A stretch of 48,747 nucleotides of DNA, filler included, from Bipalium vagum (taxonomy: Eukaryota), in assembly GCA_037834085.1 (NCBI GenBank). It is 2 parts of 2 records of this genome, joined end to end, with 100 filler letters (N's around TTAATTAATTAA, not from the genome) between each part and the next. Parts side by side here need not be neighbours in the genome. Positions count along the whole stretch, not along the records: positions 19,527 to 48,747 come from JBBMKC010036449.1; 1 more part is not named here. One strand, 5' to 3'. Below, piece by piece: positions 26,201 through 38,740 of this stretch. The notes beneath the pieces were generated by a model that had not been told where the DNA came from, made no database searches, and was given only the letters and a program-made list of their open reading frames with translations. The position numbers and the translations under genes were made by a program. How positions within the stretch are numbered: position 1 is the stretch's first letter; the number at the start of each line of letters is the position of its first letter.

Positions 26201-29200
26201 AGATACCCTGCCTTTAATAATTGGAAAAATCATTGAGAAAAAAGAACAGTTATGCTTGAATAATTTAAGGATTAATTCTATGGTATATTTTTCTTCATTT
26301 TTTCATTGAAATTTGTAAATTTTGATTTTTATTCTATTCTATTCTAATTATTTATATATTTCATTCAATTTCTATTTATTTCATTGGTTGGTTAGTTAAC
26401 AAATGAATTTTAATATTTTCGACTTTTGATATGTTTACTTTCGAAAGAATGTTCATAGAAATTCTTATAATTATAATAATAAAATTTTTTTTTACTTCCA
26501 TTTTGCTACTTTACGGAAATGAAAAAAATTTCCAATATTTGAAAAATGGAATATTATAATTTTCAATAAATTTACACTTTAATTTTGAGATATTTTTAAA
26601 TTTTCTTTAAAATAATTTATTAATGCTAATTTAATAAAAAACAAAACTTTGAAATTAAAATGTTCTTAACTTTAGATAAAGTAAAATAAAAACATTAATT
26701 ATACAACTATTAAATTAAAATACTTAATATAAACAAATGATTATTTAAGATATAAAAAAAAGTTTTTCCATTTTTTATTTGATTTCCATATTAATCTTTG
26801 ATAAAATTAAATCAAAAAATAATAAAATGATAATTTCATTCAAAAATATTAAATTTACAAAAAATAATTTTAAAAGATTCACGTTGGAAATTCCAATGAT
26901 AACAAGATTAAAAAAGATATTAGACAAAGTTTGTGGTTATTTAATTTTAAGCTTGATGTCAATTTTAATAATAATTCGATTTTACAAAGAGCACGAAGAA
27001 ATTCTCAATAATTATATTTTTATTCATTAATTTAAATTTTTTTAAAAATATTTTTTTAAGCATTTTAAACATAAAATTTTAATTTTTAATCATCATTTAC
27101 TATGTTTATTAATTCATAACAATGTAATTGGAAATGTGTAACGTTCGTCTTTGATTTAATTATAAATCAAATTATTAATATTTATTTAACTATTATAATA
27201 GATAGTTGATTTGTATACTCCGACCGACTCATCATGTGCACCGAAATCTTGTGAAGAATGTTTAAACAACGAGAAATGCAAATTTTCGCCTTTTAGATCA
27301 TCCGGTTTTATGAAATGTATATGTAAAGTGGGTTATTCAAGAAATGCAAAAAATACCAATTGCTCTAAAGGTTTTCTTTTTTGCTAACCATTTTCTATTT
27401 TTGTTTTTTAGATCATAACATGGCAGGTGAAGTTAAAACCTCGGTAAATTTGACTGTCCCTGAAAATGTTAAAAATATAAGAGGATTTTCTTTTCTTTTT
27501 CGGACAATAATATCAAATGAAAATTTAATTTCAATAAAATTCGCTCCATACTACTTGAGTATTGAAGTAAGTGTAATTTAGATTATTATTGCGTATTATA
27601 TACATTTTGTTAAATAAGTAGCATTGCAACTTTATGGGTGAATACTAAAGACATATACACAACATTTATTTATTTTCAAAATATTCTTCGAAACTTTCTT
27701 ATAACAAAGCAAGCTTTTTAACAAAATTCAATTGACATATTGGTAAGTGCATCAATGATTCTTGGTTTCAAATTTCGTATAGGTTGTGAATAAAATGTCT
27801 GCTTAATATGCCCCCACACAAAACGTACATGAGCTTAAAGTCCGGTGACAACACTGGACAATCAATAGATCCTCTTTGCCAATTGAACTTTCCACAAAAA
27901 TTTTATAATAGACATTCTTGACCAATGATCAGGAGCGACATCTTAAATAAAGAGCATTGATTAAGTTCAGGGTAGTTTATTAATAACAGACGAAAATATA
28001 ATTATTCAACATATCCAAGTAATTTTTCTCTGTCATATTTTCGGAGAAGTTATATTTGCAAAAACACAAGCCTATACAATGACATCATGTATTGATAGCC
28101 ACTGGTCAGATGAAAATTTTTTAAGCATAAATAAATGAAGTTGTGTCTTTTGACACAGTCGTCGATATAGAATTTAGCCTGTTCACTTCTCAGAATAAGG
28201 GTACAAAGATTTAAATCTTTGATAATTCGAATGAGAAAATTCTCACAGAACTCCATTCGTCTGTCATAATCATTTTCTGTAAACGACTGATCCAATCTGA
28301 GAATGTACTGCTTAAAACTTAATATCTCTAATCGCTTTAAGAACTGTTTCGTAAGAAGCATTACATTCATAGAGCAGCCATCTAAGTGATATATTGATTA
28401 ATATTTTCATCCTAAAAAATTTTACCACTCTTACTTGATTGACATTTACCTTTTGTGCATTCAAACAACTACATTTTGATGAATTTTTTAAATATTGCGT
28501 CTTCATGGTGGATCATTATTTATTTCCCTTTTTCATATTTTTTGGAATGGGTGAGTTAAATTTATATTTCAATTCAATAATTTTGAATTGTTTTCCAAAG
28601 CTAAGGTTGTCACTGACCAACAATTGGTGCATAATCTTATAATAAAAAAATTCTATTACAAATTAAAATGTATCAATTTACACGTGAAATAGTTCAGATA
28701 AACAAAATTAAATATTTAATGATTTATTACACTTTTAAGTTGTAAATCTATTTATAATATTAATATATAATTATTTTAATACATTTTATATTACATTTGA
28801 TATTTTGTTTATTTCTTCAGTTTTTACAGTCTTTTATTTTACAGCTCAATGTATAATATTATAAATAAAATTTATATTTTTTAAAATATTCAATATTTCA
28901 TAATTTTTATGCAAAATCAGTTTGATAAAAAAAATAAAAATGATAGCAATATTAGGAATACATAATAATCGTAAAATACTAAAACCCTTGTTTAATTAAA
29001 AAATTTCTTGGCACTAAAATTTAAGGTATTTCTTTATAGAATATTTTTTTCTAACACATCAATTTATCAAACTACGTGAATTCTCTAATTTTTTTAATTT
29101 CGTTTATTTTTTTGAACTATTATACTTATTTTTAGCCTTCAAGTTTTCACTGGATTTTCTCATTTACTTTAAGTTATTATTCCATGTTCAAAGTCAAATT

Positions 29201-32200
29201 ATTATATTATATTATGCAATTAAATTGATATTTTTTGGCTCAATCACTATTTTAAAGATTTCAAATTAATTAATTTATTCTTAGGATATGATTTGCTAAG
29301 AACGTCTGTCCAAAATGCATTAATTTAACATCTTAATTTATATGTATAATCTTTTTAATCTATAATCATTTTAAATATTTTATAAGAGTTATGCTTTGAT
29401 TATATTTAAACTCTCCTAAATCTAGCTTCCATTTTAAATCATTTTGTGGTCTTTATAAAACTGTCATTTGCACACCTCAATCAGTCACTATATAAGGTCC
29501 ACTCTAAGTCCACCATCATTTGAGCAATCTGTCAACTCATCACATTAATTTCGTCTATAATTTCATATAACATTTTCGTTATTTATAACACTCAGAGGGT
29601 CTTACATTTCGAATTAACCTATTCGTTATATACTGCATTAGAATTTACTTCATAAAAATTTTTTCATTTCAAACTTTTTAAAAATAAAATCTGTGTACTT
29701 TCGGGGCCGCGTTTAATTTCTCTTTGTCATGTCAAACTTTGGAATAGCTTTAATGCTAGCGCAGACCTTTTTTCTGTACCGAAAGATTCTTAAAATGTGC
29801 CCATATCTTCTTCGACATCCTATCAGCATCTTTAGTCAGTCCACTAATTCTCCATCCGTTAACATTAATTCCTTAATTATTTTCATAAATAATTTCAACT
29901 TTTTTACGTTTGTATAACATTCCGAGGTTTGATGAGCATTTCTTCTTAGACATTTATTCTCTGGGCAATTCCTTTGCAGGGTGTCTGATTCTCAGTGATT
30001 TTCCTTTAATTGAATTTAATTTTCAAATGAAGGAATGATTAAAAATTATTTTAGATTTCAGGTGGAAAAATTATTGCTAGTTTCATGAATCAAAACAAAA
30101 GAAAATCAGAGTTACTCCACCTTGATTGCTGTAACTTTGCGAACGGCAATTGGCATGACTTTAATTGTGAATTTAATGACAAGTAAAGCGATATTTTATA
30201 TTACTGTATAAATTTTAATTCTAAACTCATTTCCCACATTTTACCTTTTTCTAAAAAACCTATTTTTCTTTAATAAACATAACTAATCTATTAACCTTTT
30301 AACCAAACATTTTAACAGAACAAGAATTTTTATAAAGACCCACCATTTGTTTTCAAAAATTCTATCTAAAATAGAAAAGATGGTGGTGTTAACGGTACTA
30401 TAAGAAATCTTTTCGTCTAAGAAATGTATCGTAAAACGGAACGAGTAATTTTCGGAAAATGTAATTTTTAGATTGTATATAGAATGATGTAAAAGTGCCA
30501 ACTTAAACTCTTCTTTGTGTGCTGTTGCACTATCTTAATCGAGAATGATTCTTTTTCGTCAAAAAAATAAAATCTTTTTAACTGCGTTTAGTCTTTCCAG
30601 TATACACGAGAGACACACTAAAAGTTCCACACAAAAGTTATAACTTAGAATTCGTAGCTATTAATAAAATCACTGCTAAATGGTTCAGGTTGTTTAGTTT
30701 GTGTGTTTTGAATGATTCCGTTCTCTATTGATTTATAGCGTGACTACAAGCATTGTGTGCAGAACTATTTGAGACTACTCGTAATTTTCAGTTGAAGTTA
30801 TTATTTTGTAAAATGTTAACAGCATGAAATAGTCGATACTTATAAATGACTACCAAAAAATGATTATTATACTTTTAGCCTTAAATTTTTGCAGAAACTG
30901 TAAAATGTTATTTATGGAAAATCATTTTCAAATATGACTGAACTTTTACATTGATTTAACTGTCTTTAATGCTATTATTTCATAAGAGAAATCTTATAGT
31001 AGAAATTTTCTCAAATTTTTGCATACCCATTGACAAATTTCAGATAATAATTACAAATGCCCAGAAAGTTTCTTAAATTTTTCAAGCATTTTGTCCTCCC
31101 GAAGATTTTGATTGCCTCAATTTTCGCTGGATCGGTCGTGATTCCGACCAACTGATTCAATTAAATGTCATAGAAAGTTGACTTCTGTTCTTAGTAGTTG
31201 GCATTTCCCTTTATTCACTTTAAGTCCTGCTTCTTTTATCCTCTTTAGCACTTCATTTAATACGGCGTAATGATGTTCTATATTCTTTCTGTGAATCATA
31301 ATATAATCATATAAAAATACTTCATTCAAGATAAAGAGCATCAATTATAAAAATAACCGCTAAATGTGCCACTATTCTTCTGATATCCTGAAGACAATGC
31401 AATATAAGGTTTTATTAGAAGTTCATTAATTTTTTAAAGTACAGAAATGGCTAAGTTAAAATACATAGTACCTCATGAGAATTAGAAAATAATGATTAAT
31501 GAGAGTAAAATTCTTCTCAAATGATATTTTTTAATTCATTAATGTATATCATATCACAATCACGTAGAATCCGTTGCCTTTCTCCAATTTATCCTGAATT
31601 TTTTTCACTGTCCAGAGAGCATTGAGAGCCAACCATAATCCTCTTATTTTGTTGGCCAGCTCGAATCATCATCATACAAGTTATTCTCTTCCATCATTTA
31701 GATTGGTTCCAGTCACCCACTGTTTTTGTCATCACGTATTTGAATTAAGAGATTAAACTTATATATGAAGCTTATTTTATGTAAACACCTATAATTAATA
31801 TTGGAAAAATTCTCCTTTTATTATGTCAAATTTTTCTCGACCACCCTTTATATGTATATATGGTGAGATAAAAATAATTAAGAATATAATAAACTATTAT
31901 TTCTTAATCATAAAGGATTTTTGAAAAGTAATAATGGGATATATAGTTAAAACATTTCACTTGCTATCAATTGTTTAGTTTCTGGAAAATATGGGTAGAT
32001 GAAAAAATATCCGATATCCAAAATCAGAAAAGCTACGAAGCAAACTTCAGAGATACTGAATTATCAAAAACGGCAGTTGAAACAATCACTGTTGGTTCAA
32101 TTGGTTCTGATCTTCGACCAGAGACCAGTCTCAGTAGTATGGAAATTATTTATTTAATAACTTAAAATAAAATGTAATTAGCCTGTTTAGATACTTTGAC

Positions 32201-35200
32201 ATTAAAGACACCATTATCCGATAGCGTCAGGGAATTTTACATACCAGTAAACAATATATTAACTGGTGGATGTAGCAGTGGCATCAATTGTTCCAGTCTC
32301 AGTTGTGCGAAGCTTCGGAAATGCCACGAGAGCTGGCAAAACACCTCATGCTTGTAAGCGTTATTCTGATCGCAAAATCCTTCATTATCTTATATGAATT
32401 TTCAGATGCTTAGAAGGTTTCCAGGATATTAATCAGTCGTGTGTTTTCCAAAAGTGTATCAACAATCCTTGCAAGAATAATGGGAGTTGTACATATAATT
32501 ACAATTTTACAAATTTTCAATGCATTTGTACCAATGCATTTACAGGAGAACTTTGTGAAAAACCAAACACAAGTGTAGCGTCTCAATATTGGATCATAAT
32601 CTTAATTCTCTTGATTTTGCTAATATTTATATTAAGTAAGTATTACTTAAGTAAGGTATAGCTTATCTGTAAAATTTATTTAAGATATTTTTTGTTATTT
32701 ATATGAAATTAATAATAATAATAATAATAATTTTTGCTGATAACCTCAAAGTGTAGTTAAATATATCCAACGAACAAATCTAAATTGTTTGGCTTGGCAA
32801 AAGTTAATTTTGTTATGAGGAAAGGCTGACGTATTCTCGGTGATAATTTAAAACATAACTTTGTTTTTTTTTGGAATAACACTATATGTAGGAACCCAAA
32901 TTTAGTCAGTTGCTCCAGCTAAAAAGTATTATAAGGTTTATGAAGTATACTAGGTTGGAGAGATTTATTTCGTAAATGTCGATTTATGATATGCTATAAT
33001 ATTATTCTTCATTATGGAGAGTGGTGGGGCCTCGAGTGAGATTAACAGCTATAGGTGACTGAAAGGACGATAGTATCGCTATTGATTTTTCTAAATTTTA
33101 GAAGTTGTTCGTGTGGAAATATTGCGTATTTGTAATTTCCAAAACCAACTAAAAGCATCCCAAATCATAACACTCCCCCCCCCCATCGTAATGTCATTTT
33201 GTCCTAATATTTTGGTTTGCTTCTAAATTATTCCAATACCATTCAGGGCCATTTAGGTTGAACTTTTTCTAATGAGAAAAAATTATCGATTGACATTTAT
33301 CTTTCCAATGCATGTATTTTTTTGCAGTCTAATTGCCTTTCAATATTTGCTGGGTTTAATCTTGGTTTTGTCTTCATTTTTTTCCATTTTATGGTACTTG
33401 GTGTCCTTAATATGTTAGCAACGTGTTGTTTTGTAACTGGGATGTTTAGTTTATGCATAATTTGGTTACTATTCAAATAGTTCTTCGTTGCTTCCAACTT
33501 TAATTGATTCTTTTGTCTTTCCGTTAACTTCATATTTCCCCGTGTTTTCTTTTTGATACCATATTGTTCACCTTTTTAAAAAAAATTCTAAGTAACATTT
33601 TCGGACCTTTCAATTTCAAGAGATATTTGTCTGTTGGTTATATCTTGTTCTTTTAAAAATCGAAATTTACTTTTTTCTTCGTCAGTGAGGTTAGGGATTA
33701 CTAAAAATATTTAAAGTAAAATAACTAACTATTCAAATAATACAAACATACTTATTTAGAATTACAAATTATTTGAAAAACTAGAAAAATTTTAATAGTT
33801 TTATCTGTTTTTACCTGACTGTGCTCAAGCGAATGTTTCGCAATTTTATAAATAAATTTCTTCTAATTAAATTATTTTATTCATATTTCAAAATATTATA
33901 GAAAAAACGTGTTATAGACTAATTTCAGCATATAATAATACAGACAATTTAGTTAACAACTATAAATTAATAAAAGAAATTATAGAAACATTGTATTTTC
34001 TTAGTGCGCTTAAACAAATGTTTACCAGTGTATATATAGTGCTTGACCACATTAAGTTACTTTTGCTATTTATTGAAATATTTAATATTTTGTCAAAGAT
34101 CGATCTGAACGATATGGTAATTAAACATGGGAAAAATGAGCAATTATTTGCTGTTTTATGCAGTAAGTTGTTGAAATTATTATTATTATTAATATTTTAA
34201 CATATTACTAATTTAAATGGCAATTTTGTCTCGTAATTGTGACATACAAATCAGCATTTATTATATGAGGATCTCTGATAGAATGGTTATGACTTGATAA
34301 ATTTTGGTAAACGTTAAATACCAGATTTTTGAAAATGCAAAACAAATTTTATTTGATTCATTTTCCTATGTAGATAATTCATCAGGACGATGTTGAAGAC
34401 AAATTTTGAGTCTCAACAAATAGTGTTTTTATCATTTCGTTGCGAGACCGGAAATATAGATGTATCACTAATAATTGTTTAAGCATAATGTGATCCAGAA
34501 AAAACTATCTTCTAGACAGATTAGTTTTGATTGATCACATCAAGACAATTGAAATTTTCTTAACCCATAGATAAACGTTTTTTGTTCAATGGTCTCATCA
34601 ACAAATAGCAATTTAAAACAAATCATCCAAAATTCACATTGAGAATAAAAAAAGGTTAAGCTCACATTTTTAGTTATATTCCTCCTTGGACCGTTTATCT
34701 TCAAATGATGATTAATTCAATAACAAACCCTTTTTAATCTAACAAAGTGTTTTTCTATAACAAATATTTACGATTATATAAAATTGTCTTAATAAATAAT
34801 TACTGGGAGGACAATGAATTTGTTAATTTCGTACTGTTTTTTCAATATATTTCATGAATATTTATTAAAGAAATAGCCCAAACATCCGAATTTGGTGTAT
34901 TCAGTCGGTGATATTTATATTATAATTCCAATTGTTCAAATATTCCTTCCATTATATCACTTGAAAAATTTTATATTAAAAGCCTAAGAACTTGTACATC
35001 AATTATATTTCATATTGAAAACTCACCATAAAAAGAAAATAATATTTAATAAATTTTTATACATATTTTTATAAGCAGAAAATATCAATTTTTAACAGGA
35101 CATTTATTCATTTGAGAATTTTATAAAGTATTGAAAATTTTCATCTTTAATAAAACAGATTGGTAAATTGTTTTTTCTTTTAGTAATACTTCTAATTTTC

Positions 35201-38085
35201 TGTTGTTGTAAAAATGAAGGAAAGCAAAATTATCTACCAGATATCAACAAGATATATGAAGATACTGTCACCTACAAAACAGCAGCAGGTTAACTAATAA
35301 TACTAAATTTTATATAAAATGATAACCTTTTGAAGACCTTGTCTTTATAACAATCTTAAGTCAAAACTTTTACAGATCAAGATTATTTATTTTTGTTGAA
35401 TAATTTAATATTTATTAATAAATAATTTTAAATAGCATAACATGTACGTGGTAAGGCTAAATATACTTAGACTCTACCAGAAATAATGAAGTAAACTCAA
35501 CAAAATTTTTAACAATACGTATACATTTATAGTTCTCATTTCTCGATGTAACAGCTGTCTATATTTTGACTTTTTTATCATTACATTGAAATATATATAT
35601 TTATAAAAATATATAAAAGAAATGTTAATCATTTTTCATCAGGAATATTGTTACTATCCTTCATACCATACTTTGAAGTAAATTTATTCGCATATCTTTC
35701 TTTAGATGATTAGGCAGCCAACAATCAATATGGAGAATTCTCCCTGTTTGGAGAATTCATCTGCACAAACCCAGCTTTGTTAACGTTCGTTGTGTTTACT
35801 AAGTTGTGTGAATAAGAGGAGTAAACTTGCAGCAATAAAAAGCTGATGACTGTTTGGCTTCGAGTTTCATGTATGTTATTACTGTACCAATCCAAATTTA
35901 AGATGTCTTCAATAAAATTTAACTTCAAGATGCTATTTCTATCTCAGAAGACGTAAGACATGGCACATTTGCGATGTAAAATTCCGAGAGGCATGGTCAT
36001 GGATGTTTTGTCATTTTCGAAAACTCATTCCTGTGATTCTATTTTAGAATAAAGGTAGAGACTCAATGACGTCTCTCGTCTGTAGTTATTATACAGTATC
36101 CTTCCAGAAGACAGAGTTTTAAATCTCGATACAAACGTACTCTAAAACTTTGTCTTTCATTTGTCTCAAATTTTTCAAGTAATTTCTTCACTAATTTCTA
36201 CTTCGGTTGCATCGAAAATACTTTTCGAACAAGACGAAAATAATTTCTTTCTTAACAGATTCCTTGAGAAGTAAAAATGCATTTCATTGCGAAATTAGAC
36301 ATTTTCGAACATTTTTTTAATTAATCTATTCTAATGCCAACAAAAATTGATTATTATTTTACATGCAAAATTTTATTTAAGGTTCTTCAATATTTTCAGT
36401 AGTCTAAATATTTTTTTACCTTACCAAGTACTTAAAAAAATTAGTAAAAAGGTTTTTTGTACTTTTAAACATAAAAGCTCAACTGTTATGGATTATTTCT
36501 CGGTATTTTTCAGAGCTTGATTTTAAATATATAAAAATCCAAAAACAAGAAATTGTCTTTTTCGTTATGAAAGACCTCTAAATCGAGAAAAAAACCAAAA
36601 TAATAATTACAATAATTTTCAAGAAAAAATCTTATTGTTCCAAAATTTTATTTTCTTCTCTTTCATAAAATAAGCTATTTAGGCGCAAAAATGAAACGAA
36701 GTGACATGTAAGAAAATGTTACTTGATTTTTAATTTGGAAAAAAATATATCTGATTCCTTATTTTTTGAAACCATGATTGTGAATTTCAATAATCATCAT
36801 TTTTATTAGGTGAAGAAGATTACGAGGGAGCTCCAATAAATTTTGAGCTTTTGTCGACAGCTCTCAAGTTCATGGGTATTTAATTAACATTTCATTCATA
36901 GTTATTAAAAATTTATTTATTTATTTATATTTGGCACATTAAATTATATTAATAACTTTAAAATTAGTTAATTTTAATTTTTAGATGAAAATGATTTCAA
37001 AGGATCTCAAAGAAATTCTGAAATATTGGACAGAAGTATGAATTTGAGATATTCTATGTTGGCATATACGAGAGGCGATCAAAAAATAACCCCATTCGCA
37101 AACTTGTTTTTATATTCAAAATACATTCAAAACAATTAATACCAAAAATTTTTATACCTTAACTTTCATAGAATTGTCCATCAGGATCAATATATTTCTT
37201 CCGTCTTTCGACCTACTTTTGAAATGGGAATAAATAGGATGTGGTAAGATTTGGATGTCAAGATTATTAATTGTTTCCATTGTAAGCCTCAAGATTTGTG
37301 CAGGTGCATTTTCTTAGTGAAATTATCAACTATCTACCTTTTTAAAATAACAAAATCGTATATAACACAGTAATGTTAAAAAAACCAAGTGCTTCACATT
37401 TCCAGCAGATTTGGTTGCATTGGCTTTCACAGGTCGTGGTTCACCTTTCCTTACCCTTTGCTTTGATTGTTGTTGTGTTTCAGGGTTCGTCACAAGTAAC
37501 AAATGAATTGAGAAAATGATCACCATGATGCCGATAAGGCCCCTTTCATTATTGACAAATGTTTACAAGATTTTGTCGATGCATGTCATTGAGCAGTATT
37601 GGTACCCAATTTGCACATACTTTTTTGTACCCCAGAATCTCAGTAGCAATAATATTGCAAACTGAACCATAGCTGATGCCAGCTCGCTTTGTATTTTTCT
37701 GATACTAACACTTCGATAATCAAGAGCCAATGCATCAACAATTCCTACATTATCGGGTTCCCTTGAAGAAGGTCTACCTGGTCTTTCAGTATCCTTGACA
37801 GAATCTAAACCTTTTGAAAATCACTTGAATGCTTGAATTCTTGATATAACATCATTATCATATATTTTAATGAGCATTTTATAACTTTTTGTAGCAAATA
37901 CCTAAGTTTAACAAAAATTTTGAAAGCATAAGGTATACTTCAAATGATAACACAAATACGTCTAAAAATATAACATAATATATAAAGCACATTTTTGTCA
38001 GCAGTTATATTATGGAATAAAAATAACAGTCAGATTATTTTTGACAGCCTCTCGTGTGTTTAATTTGAAAATAATAATATTAAAA

Positions 38086-38151
<66 letters not shown>

Positions 38152-38740
38152 TTCATTAATTATTTTTATTATCACTTTATCAATTTTCTTTTTTTTTTAA
38201 ATCTTTAAAATCTCAACCAAAAACCGTCTTTTTATTGTAATATTTCTATAAATCTTGCTATTCATCCATGAATGATTATAAAAATTATATCAGATTATTT
38301 CACCTCACATCCCCATATAAATAATAATAGAAGGGAAATACTGATCATATTGATAATTCAAAACTGATGTAAGGTTTTACCCGTCCTTTGATATATAACG
38401 AAAGAGTATTTACAGATTTTCTTTTGCAAATCTCATTCTAATTTTCCTTAATTCGATTATGATTTTGTATGGGTCGTTAGTACTCTGAAAATATGAAACA
38501 TTGTAGTTTAATTGAAACGTAAAGCAATAAAAAGTTACAATAATATATTTATGAGACTTTTTTGTATTAACTGGTTTCAATTTAGCTCCTTCTGTGCTTC
38601 CAGCCATACTTCTTGATAATAAAGAGCTTGCTGATAATAATAACCAAGATTTGATTCTGGATTTCCCCCTAGAATATGGGTATGAGGGCGGCAATAGTGA
38701 TTCAGAAGATCTATATTCTTCCGATTCAGATAGCCAGTGA
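20208..38740 (+). CDS. Divergent classical cadherin, type III/N-cadherin-like C-terminal architecture. Exons: 20208-20368, (23457-23492/23495), 23538-23746, 23792-24110, 26136-26282, 27202-27370, 27412-27566, 30055-30182, 31979-32136, 32182-32353, 32406-32635, 35184-35288, 36810-36875, 36985-37035, 38586-38740; possible first exon 19862-19925
   Basis: Phase-consistent GT-AG chain. EGF (KCRNGG...CKCP..RGPNCE); LamG1 (PLIIG..CLNNLRIN); EGF (CICKVGY); LamG2 (FSFLFRT, NGNWHD, ITVGS..TCLDTL); two EGFs (CLCLEGF; CINNPCKNNGSC..CICTNAFTGELCE); TM (WIIILILLILLIFILIILLIF-CCC); JMD-like DTVTYKTAAGEED; CBD-like LADNN..LDFPLEYGYEGGNSDSEDL. Confidence 0.88.
21064..22351 (+). mobile_element. Near full-length mariner (DD34D, irritans-like), inactivated; in a cadherin intron
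   Basis: 1288 bp with about 30-bp TIRs (catcctccattccaaaaaaaaccgaacttt / aaagttcggttatttttgaaaatgagggtg) and TA on both sides. Transposase 21252-22267: MNFKQRAAIDFCVKLGKS, IVTVDET, QDNA.SH, YSPDLAPCDYYLFPKL, with stops and frameshifts. Confidence 0.95.
22360..23270 (+). mobile_element. Second, older mariner remnant directly after the first
   Basis: Fragments MTAVF*DAKGI, IIFNQDNSPDHKG and HPRYSPDF. Confidence 0.7.
24400..25400 (+). mobile_element. Degenerate mariner
   Basis: YNIVTGDKTLIYSYDHEGKQQTTV*VFKDE and YSSDLSP. Confidence 0.7.
25690..26050 (-). mobile_element. Mariner C-terminal remnant
   Basis: AHSPISSDLAPLDFF on the minus strand. Confidence 0.5.
27630..28650 (-). mobile_element. 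Degenerate Tc1/mariner (rosa/DD41D-like) element
   Basis: ENDYDRRMEFCENFL..IKDLN..LILRSEQAKFYIDDCVKRHN and IDCPVLSPDF. Confidence 0.75.
31015..31325 (-). mobile_element. Second Ty3/Gypsy RT fragment
   Basis: VFLYDYIMIH..NIEHHYAVLNEVLKRIKEAGLKVNKGKCQ..EVNFL*H...TDPAKIEAI...LRNFLGICNYYLKFVNGYAKI. Confidence 0.8.
32740..34031 (-). mobile_element. Degenerate Tc3-like (Tc1 family) element
   Basis: IFSH*KKFNLNGPEWYW...GGG.VMIWDAF matches the Tc3-type FSDEKKFNLDGPDG..YW..GGGSVMVWGAF. The right end is cagtgTA, with a subterminal repeat near 33820. Confidence 0.8.
35690..36300 (-). mobile_element. Decayed mariner remnant
   Basis: MPLGILHRKCAMSYVF*DRNSI resembles KP.LHPKKVMLCVWWD.KGI. Confidence 0.4.
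37069..38054 (-). mobile_element. Internally deleted mariner with both TIRs, in the last cadherin intron
   Basis: TIRs cgagaggcgatcaaaaaataa / ttatttttgacagcctctcg. Remnants KDTERPGRPS, KVCANWVP and PETQQQSKQ. Confidence 0.85.
38087..38150 (+). repeat. (ATT)n microsatellite
   Basis: About 20 tandem ATT units. Confidence 0.95.
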
